From assembly GCA_964571635.1 (NCBI GenBank), contig CAZNCN010000007.1, forward strand, positions 1,096-65,095: a DNA stretch of 64,000 bases. Reading direction: 5' to 3'. Positions within the stretch are counted from its first letter, which is position 1; every line of letters starts with the position of its first letter. The notes under the pieces are model-generated. The model saw only the letters and a program-made list of their open reading frames with translations, was not told the origin of the DNA and searched no databases. Below are positions 19,162-29,300 of the stretch, one piece after another. This stretch comes from an uncultured Ruminococcus sp. Its GTDB lineage: Bacteria; Bacillota; Clostridia; Oscillospirales; CAG-382. Made by a program: the position numbers and the translations under genes.

Positions 19162-19241
19162 CAGTCAAGCCCTCCTTGGAAGCGCCAAAGCTCTTTATCG
19201 ACTTAATTATATACGAATAACTAAAAAAAGGCAATAGTTTT

Positions 19242-20312
19242 ATGATTGAATATTTATTGGATAAGCCGACCGTTTACGACAGAATCAAAGCATCAAAAAA
19301 GCCGCTTTTGCTGTATGGCATGGGAAACGGTGCCGAAAAGGCAGCCAAAGCCCTCTCGCAGCACGGCATAGATTTTTGCGGCGTAGTTGCATCGGACGGC
19401 TTTGCACGCGGCAATATGTTTTTGTCAAACAAAGTGATGAGTTTTGCAGAGGCAGAGGCAAAATACAACGATTTTGACTGTGTTTTGTGCTTTGGTGCAG
19501 AGGGCAACGAGCTCGATATGCTTAAGCAGATCGAAAACCGACACACGATATATTATCCCGATCTGCCTCTTTATGGCGCCATTCATATGTCAAAAGAAAT
19601 GCTTTTAAACGAGCACACCGAGATAGAGCGCGTATTTGACCTTTTGCAAAGCGACAGATCGAGAGAAATATTTATGCAGAACCTCGAATTTTCGATAACG
19701 GGCGACAGGCGATGCCTTGATTATGGGGCAGATGATTTTGAAATGCCGAGCGAATATTATTCACACGAGGGGTTTCATGTCGATATAGGCGCATACGACG
19801 GTGACACGGCAATAGAATATGCGTCAAAAAACAGGGCGTGCAGGGGCATTATAGCCGTCGAGCCCGACAAAAAGACCTTTGCACAGCTCAAAAGAAATAC
19901 CGCCTTTGATGAGCGCATCAAATGCGTCAACGCCGCAGCGGCAGAGTTTGACGGCGTGATACAGTTTGCATCGGGTTCGGGCAGAGGGTCGGCTATCGGC
20001 GAGGGTGAATTTACTGAAGCTGTTACGATAGACCTTTTGGCAGACCGCAAGAGGGCGTTTGCCGACGGCTTGGCTGTTGGCTCGATAAAGATCGATGCCG
20101 AGGGCATTGATCAGAATGTTCTTTGCGGAGCGGTCAACACGCTTTGCGACTGCTATCCCGTCGTTTCTGTGGCGGTATACCACAGGGCGGGCGATCTGTG
20201 GCACATTCCGTATTATCTGCACAAGCTGTGCGGCAGATATGTGTTTTATCTGATACGCAAGCCGTTTTGCCTGCCGACTTGGGATACATTTGTTGTCGCG
20301 GTCAAAAAATAG
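19242..20312 (+). CDS. FkbM-family SAM-dependent methyltransferase with an N-terminal Rossmann-like extension
   Basis: 356-aa ORF. 'VDIGAYDGDTAIEYA' is a SAM-binding motif, and 'IKIDAEGID' is the FkbM-type block. Confidence 0.7.
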   Translation: MIEYLLDKPTVYDRIKASKKPLLLYGMGNGAEKAAKALSQHGIDFCGVVASDGFARGNMFLSNKVMSFAEAEAKYNDFDCVLCFGAEGNELDMLKQIENRHTIYYPDLPLYGAIHMSKEMLLNEHTEIERVFDLLQSDRSREIFMQNLEFSITGDRRCLDYGADDFEMPSEYYSHEGFHVDIGAYDGDTAIEYASKNRACRGIIAVEPDKKTFAQLKRNTAFDERIKCVNAAAAEFDGVIQFASGSGRGSAIGEGEFTEAVTIDLLADRKRAFADGLAVGSIKIDAEGIDQNVLCGAVNTLCDCYPVVSVAVYHRAGDLWHIPYYLHKLCGRYVFYLIRKPFCLPTWDTFVVAVKK

Positions 20313-20384
20313 CTCTTTATTTTTGCAAATAAAAGTGGTATGATATATCTATCAACCGATATTAACCGAGAAGGATAGTGTTTT

Positions 20385-21671
20385 ATGAGAGTCAGCGAGA
20401 TATTATCAATAATTTCAAACGGCGGATACAACACCGCACTTACCAGGCTTTATGGCAGGTCACAGCTTGCCGAAGCACAAAAGCGCTGCATATCGCTCTG
20501 TGAGTCTTTCAAAGAGCTTTACGGCGACCTCGACGCAACATTTATATCAGTGCCGGGCCGCAGCGAAATATCAGGCAACCATACAGACCACAACAACGGC
20601 TGCGTGCTTGCCGCTTCCGTCGACATCGATATTCTTGCTTTGGCAGCAAAGACAGACGACGGCTGTATGCGTATTAAGAGCGAGGGCTATCGCGAGGATT
20701 CTGTCGTGATAAGCGAGATCTCGCCCAAGAAGGTGCGCAAGAATTCCTCTGCCGCCATCATTGCCGGCGTAGCGGATTATTTCATCAAAAACGGATATAA
20801 GGCAGGCGGCTTCTGCGCCTGCACCACCAGCAACGTAGCATCGGGCTCGGGCTTGTCGAGCTCTGCCGCCTTTGAGGTGACTGTTGCAAACATACTCAAC
20901 TATTATTATAACGATATGCAGATATCTCCGATGACGCTTGCTATCGCAGGCAAGTATGCCGAGAATGTCTTTTTCGGCAAGCCCTGCGGACTTATGGATC
21001 AGGCGGCGTGTGCACACGGCGGATTGCTGTTTATTGATTTCAAATCGACCGAGCATCCTGTCTGCGAGCGTCATCAGCTCGATATAGGCGACAGGTCGAT
21101 GTTCATCGTCAATGTCGGAGCAAGCCACGCAGACCTGACAGATGATTATGCGTCTGTTCCTGCCGAAATGAAGGCGTGCGCCGCACTTTTGGGCAAAGAA
21201 ACGCTCAGAGAATGCGATGAAGAAGCGTTTATGTCACGCATTCCGTATATGCGCGGACTTGTCGGCGACAGAGCCATCATGAGGGCACTGCACTTTTTTG
21301 CCGAAAACAAGCGCGTGCTTTCGCAGCTTGAGTGCATCAAGAGCGGTGATACCGAGGGCTTTATGGCACTCGTCAGGCAGTCGGGCGATTCTTCTTATAA
21401 ATACCTGCAAAACGTTTATACCCCTGCCACTCCCACCGAGCAGGCACTCGCACTTGCACTTTGCCTGACAGAGCGCATGGGCTTTGTTTGCCGTGTTCAC
21501 GGTGGTGGCTTTGCGGGTACCATACAGGCGTATGTTCCTCATGAAAAATGCGCCGAATATAAGAGCACTGTCGAAAAGATCTTTGGCGTCGGCTCTTGCG
21601 CCGAACTCAGCATAAGACCCTACGGTGCGGTCGCTTTCGACGGAGAAAGAATATATGAATGCCGTCAGTGA
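20385..21671 (+). CDS. GHMP kinase, galactokinase family (non-classical signature)
   Basis: 428-aa ORF with 'GRSEISGNHTDHNNG' (a variant galactokinase signature), the GHMP ATP motif 'GSGLSSSAAF' and 'CGLMDQ'. Confidence 0.8.
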   Translation: MRVSEILSIISNGGYNTALTRLYGRSQLAEAQKRCISLCESFKELYGDLDATFISVPGRSEISGNHTDHNNGCVLAASVDIDILALAAKTDDGCMRIKSEGYREDSVVISEISPKKVRKNSSAAIIAGVADYFIKNGYKAGGFCACTTSNVASGSGLSSSAAFEVTVANILNYYYNDMQISPMTLAIAGKYAENVFFGKPCGLMDQAACAHGGLLFIDFKSTEHPVCERHQLDIGDRSMFIVNVGASHADLTDDYASVPAEMKACAALLGKETLRECDEEAFMSRIPYMRGLVGDRAIMRALHFFAENKRVLSQLECIKSGDTEGFMALVRQSGDSSYKYLQNVYTPATPTEQALALALCLTERMGFVCRVHGGGFAGTIQAYVPHEKCAEYKSTVEKIFGVGSCAELSIRPYGAVAFDGERIYECRQ

Positions 21672-22473
21672 GGCGATAAAGCCGCAGGTATGTATGCTCG
21701 CCTCATCATCACGAGGCAACAGCGCGTGTGTCAGATACGGCGAGCACACAATACTCATCGATGCGGGCATTTCGGCAAAGCGCATCAAGGATTCACTTGC
21801 CGATGTCGGCTGTCCGATCGGCACTCTTAATGCGATATTCATCACGCATGAGCATACCGACCATATCTGCGGACTTGAGGTGCTGATGAAAAAGCTCGAT
21901 CTGCCTGTTTATGTCCCTTCGGGCTGTCTTGATGAGATATTGTATTTGTGCCCGTCTGCATCCCGCAATCTTGTGCCGATAACAGACGGTCAAAGCATAG
22001 AGGTCGGCGGAATGACGGTTACGCCATACAAGACACCGCATGATTCTTTGGACAGCGTCGGATATCGCGTGCAGTTTCCGAGCGGTGAATGCCTCGGCTA
22101 TGCTACAGATATAGGTCATATCACCAAAAATGTCGTTGCGATACTTGACGGCTGCCGATATGTCGTCGTCGAGTCAAACCACGATCTGCCGCGTTTGATG
22201 TCGGGCACTTATCCCGATAGCCTTAAGCGCAGGATATCCGGCAACAGAGGACATCTGGCAAACCAGGGCATAACCAAAATGCTGCCCTATCTTGTCAAAA
22301 ACGGTGCAAGGCATATTATGCTCGCACACCTCAGCGAAGAGAACAATACGCCCGAGCTCGCCTATGCTTCGGCAAAGAGCGCCTTGGCTGAATACGGCTA
22401 TACCGTCATCGAGAACGGAGAGGGCGACGTCGACCTTTGCGTAGCCGCACCTCGCAACATCGTTTGCATATAA
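21655..22473 (+). CDS. MBL-fold metallo-hydrolase
   Basis: Carries 'ITHEHTDH' (HxHxDH) and a later 'HLSEEN' block. I prefer the ATG at 21655, which has GGAGAAAG upstream, over the track start at 21625. It overlaps the kinase stop by 17 nt. Confidence 0.8.
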   Translation: MNAVSEAIKPQVCMLASSSRGNSACVRYGEHTILIDAGISAKRIKDSLADVGCPIGTLNAIFITHEHTDHICGLEVLMKKLDLPVYVPSGCLDEILYLCPSASRNLVPITDGQSIEVGGMTVTPYKTPHDSLDSVGYRVQFPSGECLGYATDIGHITKNVVAILDGCRYVVVESNHDLPRLMSGTYPDSLKRRISGNRGHLANQGITKMLPYLVKNGARHIMLAHLSEENNTPELAYASAKSALAEYGYTVIENGEGDVDLCVAAPRNIVCI

Positions 22474-22520
22474 TTATAAGCACAAAACACATTAATACAA
22501 ATAAAAAAAGGAGCTTTATC

Positions 22521-23270
22521 ATGGCAAAACTTGGATTACAGATCTATTCTATACGCGACGACTATGCAGCGGATTATAAGGCTGCAATAGCCTCTGTCAA
22601 GGAGATGGGCTTTGACGGCGTTGAATTTTTCGGCGCACTCGAAAACCACACCCCCGAGGAGCTGCGTGAGGCTTGCGAAGCAGTCGGCATAGAAATATGC
22701 GGCTACCACACACCCTATGAGGCTTTGTCTGACGATCGCCTTTGCTCGACGCTTGATTATATGCGCCGCCTTGGCAACAAGTATATCATCGTGCCCTGGA
22801 TGCCGCAGATGGATTCGGCAGGCTGGCAGACAGTCATTGACAGATTTAATGCGATAGCACCCACACTGCGTGCCGAGGGCTTCAGATTTGGCTTCCACCT
22901 GCACAAATTTGATGTTGCAGAGCTTGACAACGGCTCTTTCGGCTGGAAGATGACAGGCGAGCAGACCCCCGACGACTTTATCATGCAGTGCGACATCGGC
23001 AATTGCTTTGGCGGCGGCAGAGACGGCGTCGAGGTCTATGAGATGTTTGCACAGAAATCCGCTACATTCCACGCAAAACCCTTCAAGGCGGACGGCGATC
23101 AGGACCTTTGCATCGGCACAGACGATGTCGATTGGCACAGAGTCATCGCTCGCTCTGAAAAAGAGAATTGCGAGTGGGTCATCATCGAGATCGAAAAGGG
23201 TCAGAGCGTCGGCAGCAAGACAGTGTCCGACAGTGCCAAGTATCTCAGACAGATAATGGACGCCGAATAA
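22521..23270 (+). CDS. sugar phosphate isomerase/epimerase (xylose isomerase-like TIM barrel)
   Basis: 'MAKLGLQIYSIRD..', 'GFDGVEFFG' and 'FGFHLH' blocks. The ATG at 22521 has AAAGGAG upstream. The track start at 22437 lies inside the preceding gene. Confidence 0.7.
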   Translation: MAKLGLQIYSIRDDYAADYKAAIASVKEMGFDGVEFFGALENHTPEELREACEAVGIEICGYHTPYEALSDDRLCSTLDYMRRLGNKYIIVPWMPQMDSAGWQTVIDRFNAIAPTLRAEGFRFGFHLHKFDVAELDNGSFGWKMTGEQTPDDFIMQCDIGNCFGGGRDGVEVYEMFAQKSATFHAKPFKADGDQDLCIGTDDVDWHRVIARSEKENCEWVIIEIEKGQSVGSKTVSDSAKYLRQIMDAE

Positions 23271-23293
23271 TTGGTTATTTTGGTTATTAATCT

Positions 23294-23322
23294 AAAAAGA
23301 GAGCCTTTGCGGCTCTCTTTTT
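23294..23322. terminator. bidirectional terminator
   Basis: AAAAAGAGAGCC-TTTGC-GGCTCTCTTTTT between convergent genes. Confidence 0.8.
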
Positions 23323-23335
23323 ATTGTATTTGGTT

Positions 23336-26300
23336 TTATCTTGGTGCTTTGAGCGTCAGCGTGTGCCTGCCTTTTGGCAGTTTTAACGGCAGACTAATGC
23401 TTTCGCCATCGAGAAAGATGCCGCCTGCGCTATCCGACGCGGTTATTTCGAGCGTGCATTCGCCCACGGTGATTATGCAGGAAAAAACCGTGTGAGGCAC
23501 GACATCTATCGTGCCGCCGCATATTTTTATGCCCATATAATGCTCGAGCAGCAATTTATAATACCAGCCTGCCGAGCCGGTATACCAGCTCCAGCCTGCT
23601 CTGCCGAATGCATTGACTGCGGTATAGATGTCTGCTGAGAGTACATACGGCTCGCCCTTATAGCGCTGCATATCGCTTTTTGTGAGGTTCTTTGATATAG
23701 GGTCGAGCATTTCGGTTATTTTTGTACCTATCTCGCAGAGCCCCGATTCGAACGCCGCTATCGCAAGCCAAACCGCCGCATGGGTATATTGACCGCCGTT
23801 TTCGCGTATTCCGGGCGGATAGCTTCTTATCACGCCTGCGGGCGACTTGCCCTTGTCAAACGGCGGCGAAAGCAGCTTTAAAACTTCGTCCTCTGTCAGC
23901 AGGCTATAGGCACTCTCGACCGCATCCCTGCCGTTTTTTGCCCCTGCAAATACCGCAAAAGCCTGTACCGCAGCATCTATTGCGCACTCGTCACTGCCTT
24001 TTTTGCCGTATATTTTGCCGTCACTTGCGATCGCTCTGATATACCTGCCGTCGTTGTAATGCATTTCGGCATTTTGCAGCATTTCTGCGGCACGGGCCGA
24101 TATTCTGCCTGCGTTTTCGCCTGCAAACGGCAAGAACGCTTTTGCGGCGACGATATAGATAAACGTCGTCAGCATACTTTCGCCCATCATTTCAGAGAAA
24201 GCATCGTTCCAGTCGCACGAGCCCATGAGCGCAAGTCCGTGCGGACCTGTTTCTGTTACTTCGAGTGCTCTCAGGCAATGCTCTCTCAGAGAAAAGCTGT
24301 CTTTGGTTTTGTCGGGCGCTTCATAGCGCTCTTTTTTATTGTCGAGAGGTTCTGACGATAAAAAGCATATTTTTTCATCCAATATCGTTTCGTCGCCTGT
24401 TATGCGTATATATTCGCCTGTCGCAATAGGCAGCCACAGCAAGTCGTCAGAGCATTTTGTGCGCACACCGCCGATGCCCTCGTGCCACCAGTGCATTACG
24501 TCACCCTCGACATATTGATGCGAAGCGGCATTCAAGATATGCATTCTTGCTGTATCGGGCACCGAATATGTGAGCATCATGCAATCCTGAAGCTGATCTC
24601 TGAAACCGTATGCGCCGCCTGCCTGCCAGAACGATGCACGCGCCAAAAGCCTGCATACACCTGTCTGTATCGGCAGTATACCCATCAGCGCAGTCAATGT
24701 TTTTGATTGCAATTTCGCTTGTATATTCGGAATAAACTTCATTGCGGCAGCATCTGCGGCAAGGCATATGGCGTCGGTGCTTCTTTTGCGCAGTGCGGAC
24801 AACTCTTTTTGACTTGCAGAGGCGATGACGAACCGAGTGCTCGAGGTGTGCGAAACAATAAGCCTGTCGCTTGCGCCGCGCTCGTCGATCAGAAAATGTG
24901 CGAGGTCTGTGTCGAGCCTTGCGTTGTCGGCACCGACGAATACGGCATCCTGCGTTCGCCTTGACGGTATATTTTTGAACCAAAAGCCGCATCCGTCATT
25001 TGTTGCCGCCGTGTTGGTGTTTTGGCCTATGCCATCGGGCGAGCAGGGGAGCAACGATAAAGCAACTTCAAATTTGTTTATATCGTAAAAATGCACGTCG
25101 ATGACCTTGGCGTTTATCTCGCTGTCGATTACGACAGTCACCTTGTAGGCGTATCCGAGCAGGCTGCCCTCGTATACGGCGTGTGCGGCAAAAAACGAGA
25201 CTCTTTTTGCGCATGAGCAAAGGTCATAGCATTCGGCACCTATGCGGCAGATAAGCGTTTCACCGTTCAAGCCGCCGTAAGGGTCGCAGGGATGATAGGT
25301 TATGCGCTTTTCTCTTGCGTTGCCGTCAAAGGTGTACCCGAGTGACGAATGCGTTATGACAGTGCCAAATCCGTTTTTGTTTGCCAAAACGAGAGTTCGG
25401 GGGAGCGGGGGATTGGTATCTGTATCTATGATATATGCGTTTTCGGTAAAGCCACCCTCGGCTGTCGGCAAAACTAAAGAAGCCTCGATTTTTAATGCAT
25501 CACACATAGATCTCTTGATGTGCGGCACCGATGCTATGCTCGTGCCGTCATCGACAGGCAGCGCACATTTTGACAGGTCGACGTGTATGTCAGCAAGCAT
25601 TTTAAGCTCGTCGGTCGCCCGGCTAAGCAGAAAGATACCGCTGCCTATATACCCTAAAAGTCCGTTCGAAACGCAAAGACGGCGTATGAATTTTTCGAGA
25701 GGTCTGTTATAGTTGTCGCTTTCGTCGATGCATATCGCCAAATCTATCTCCAAAAATCCGCGTATCATGGCGGCGTAGGCGGCTATCCAGTCAGACAGTG
25801 CTTTTTCGGTGTGCGGAAACGCTTCGAGCAAAATCAGCCTCCTGTCGCCGCTTATGCCGTGCCGCCAGAGTGCCGAAATCTCTGCCTCGGGAAGCTTTGA
25901 AAAAGTTTTTATCTGCCTTGGCATACAACATTTTCTGAGGCAAAATGACATTATGTCGCCTGACGGCTCGTTTACGGCACAGCATTTTGCCTCAAGCCTG
26001 AGAAATGCGAGGTTAGAAAGTGCTGCCTCAAGAGTTTCACCTGCCGTCACGATAAAGCAGGTCTTGCCGCCTCTGATGGGCGTGGTGCGTATAAGGCAAA
26101 GCGGTGAAATACATGCTCCGGTTCTGCCGTCGGCAACTATCGAATCGATGTCTGAGACCGTCGACAGGCCGTTTGCTTTGATGCATTCCTTCGACGTGGT
26201 GAATTCAAATGCGATATGCCTGTCGCGCATCGCTGCGACGAGATATTTCACTCCTTTTGCAGACCTGCGCTTGAATATCAGAGCGTTGTGTTCGACATCA

Positions 26301-29300
26301 TAGCAGCCCTCGACGAACAGCCTTGAATAGGCGGGGTGCGACTCGAAATCACGCATTCTGTCAAGGCTTGGTTCAAAGCAAAGCGTGACACTGTATTTTT
26401 TGCGGTTGTCGGCAGAGGTCTCAAAAAAGAAGCCCGGGCGCGCTCTGCCTGCTCTGATGACTGTTTTGCCGGTGAACGCCTGTGATGAGTTGATCTGTGA
26501 CACATATTTAGTGCCGGTTTCGCCGCTGTAATTTCCCTCACCGTGAAGTGGCGCACAGCCAAAGCATCCGCTTTGATCGCAAAAGCGTATCACTGCCGAT
26601 GGCAAAAGCTCATACCTGCAAAAATCGCAGATATTCAGCATGCTTTTGCCGAACATCATTCTCACATGCCCCGATGATGAGCAGATCGCCGAAACACCGT
26701 TGCCGCTCAGCAATGCAAACTCCGGCTCTGACAGCGAAAAATTGCCTGTCGGCGTCGTTTTAAAGAGCTTGTTATCCGAAAGCCGCATCGGCACTGACGA
26801 ATTGCGGTCATAGATAGCAATGCAGGGCGGCACACGCTCTTTGAGCAATTCGAGCGATGAGGATATATGATGATCCGAAACAAATCTCTTTATGAATATA
26901 TCATCCCTGCAGGCGTTGGCGCAGGCTATGATGCTCATGCCGACGTGGTGCGACATAAAGCTGCGCACGATAAGTCCGTCGGCTTTTTCCGCAATAAAGT
27001 CGTTCGCTTCATAAAGCCCGTATTCACCCCTCATGCCGTTGTCGGCGAACGCCTTCAGTGCGCCTATAACGCTTTGCTCTTTGGTGCAGAGCATGAGATA
27101 TGCGGCATACGGAGCATATACCGTGTCACCGGTTTGGTAGGTGCAGAGCGCAATCTCTTGAATACCGTGCGCTTTGTATGCATAGTTCATCGCAGAGTCG
27201 AATGCATAGTATCCGCTCTCTGAAATACCGAACATTTTGTTTTTTGCCATTGAGCGTTGCATCATAAACGCGAACGACAGCGACTCTGACAAAAACGAGT
27301 TTTTGTATTCGGGCAAAAACAGCGACGGCAAAAAATATTCAAATGCGGTGCCCGACCAGCTCAGCATTCCGATATAGCCGTTTTGCGTGGTGCACATTCT
27401 GCCGAGCCTTTGCCACGAACGCTTGTCGCAAAAGCCGAATGCGACCGCAGCGTACGCCGTCAGCCTGAATTCGCTCATATAAAGGTCATAGCACGAGCCG
27501 TCGGGCTTGTCTGCCGTGGCGCTGATGCCGAGGCTGAAGAGATGCTTTTTGCGATCATAAAAAATGCCGAGATCTGTATTTTTTATCTCTTCGCTGCATA
27601 ATTCTATCGCTTTCATCACCTTTTCGTTGCTTTCACTCAGATACTCGTAAAGTCCCATTCTCAGTGCTATCAGGCAGCAAAAGCAGTTGCCGCAGTCGAC
27701 AGATGAAACATAGTCACCGAGCGGCATTGTTGTCGAAAGGTCATACCAGTTATAAAGGCACGATTTATAGTGCTTCAGCTCTTTTACAGTCTCGAGCGTT
27801 TGCAATACACGCTCTGCCATTTCGTCGGTCGAAATAAATCCGAGATCTCTTGCGGCGAGTACCGAAACGAGATAAAATCCGATGTTGGTCGGCGAGGTTC
27901 GCATTGCGGTTCGCATTTCGGGTGAGTATTGAATGTTGTCGGGCGGCAGATGCTTTGTGTCTGCACCAACTCTGTTTTCAAAGAAACGCCACATCTCTTT
28001 TGCCGACTCGAGCAGAAATTGCCTGTCTTGCTTTGAATAATTCTTTTTGTCGCTGCCGAGCCTTTTTGACAGCAGTATTTCTGCTATTGGATAGCATAAA
28101 AACAATGCCGCAGCCAAAACGCCTGCAAGTGTTTTTGCAAACGGCAAAAGCAACACACCTATTGCCAGCGAAACAGAGGTCGGCATTATGCTTGCCGACA
28201 TTCCCTCTGCCTGCATCGAGGTCGTCCATTCGAGCGTCTTTTTGCCCGAGCTCAGCCTAAATAAAGCGCGTATGGCGGCATCAGCGGTTATATATCCGCT
28301 CACAGGCACAAATATGCAGGACCACAAAAAATAGCCTGTCGCCTGCGAGAGAGCTGTCACCGAGCGTGTAAAATATCTGCGCAGCGTAAATGCTCCGCCT
28401 GAAATGAGCGTCGATATGATCGATAATAAAAACGGAATTATCAAGTGCGAAAGCGATAAGACCAGATATAAAAACGCGTTTTTGTCTATAAACAGCGCAC
28501 ACGCGATAAGTGCCAAAGCAGACGAAACATTTGTAAGCGCTCGCCTGATATTTGACAATATTTTGCATTTGCCTACGCAGGATATTTTGCTTTTTCCCAC
28601 CATTACGATGTTTTGGATATCGCCTCTTATCCATCTGTGCATTCTTTTGCAGAACGCTCCGGGCGTTTTGGGACAGTCGTCATAAAACACCGTTTCGGGC
28701 ACAAACAACGTGCGTGCTATCTCGCCCTCGACTATGTCGTGCGAGAGTATGACGCCGTCGGGCACGGCATTAATTATTGTCTTATAAAACACCTCGATAT
28801 CTATCAGCCCCTTGCCGCAAAATGTTCCTTTGCCAAAGACTGCCATGCTGCGGTCAAACGAAACACTTTCGTATGCGTCGTTGCCCGGCTCGCCCGAGAT
28901 AAGGCGCGAAAAATAGGTTCTGTACGCCGCCTCGAGGTCGGTTCTTATCGCAGGTTGGATTATTCCATAGCCCTTTGTCACTCTGCCGTTTTTGATGCAC
29001 GGTTTGTTCATCGGGTGCAAAGCCGCTCCGAGCAGCTCTTTTAAAGCACCTATCGGCATATGGGTGTCACGGTCGAGCGTGCAGATATATTTTGTGCCGC
29101 CAAGGTCTGCGTTGCCGTATATGATCCCGTCTGTTTTTTCACCTGAAAGCAGACGCACCAGTTCGCATATCGCGCCTCTTTTGCGCTCGTAAGCACGCCA
29201 TAGCTTGTCTTTTTTTGAATATTGCCTTTCACGCAGATAAACACAAAACCTGTTGCCCCATATTTTGCACAGATCGTCGATGCGTGTTTTTGCATAGTCT

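Noticed and set aside
20571-21845. 185-aa and 203-aa minus-strand ORFs across the kinase and MBL genes
   Set aside because: They are antisense to genes with clear GHMP and MBL motifs and have no signals of their own.
16266-23270. tRNA-flanked segment as an integrated mobile element or genomic island
   Set aside because: No integrase, recombinase or transposase ORF is present. I could not find a direct repeat of either tRNA 3' end in the downstream intergenic regions. Codon usage looks like that of the surrounding genes.
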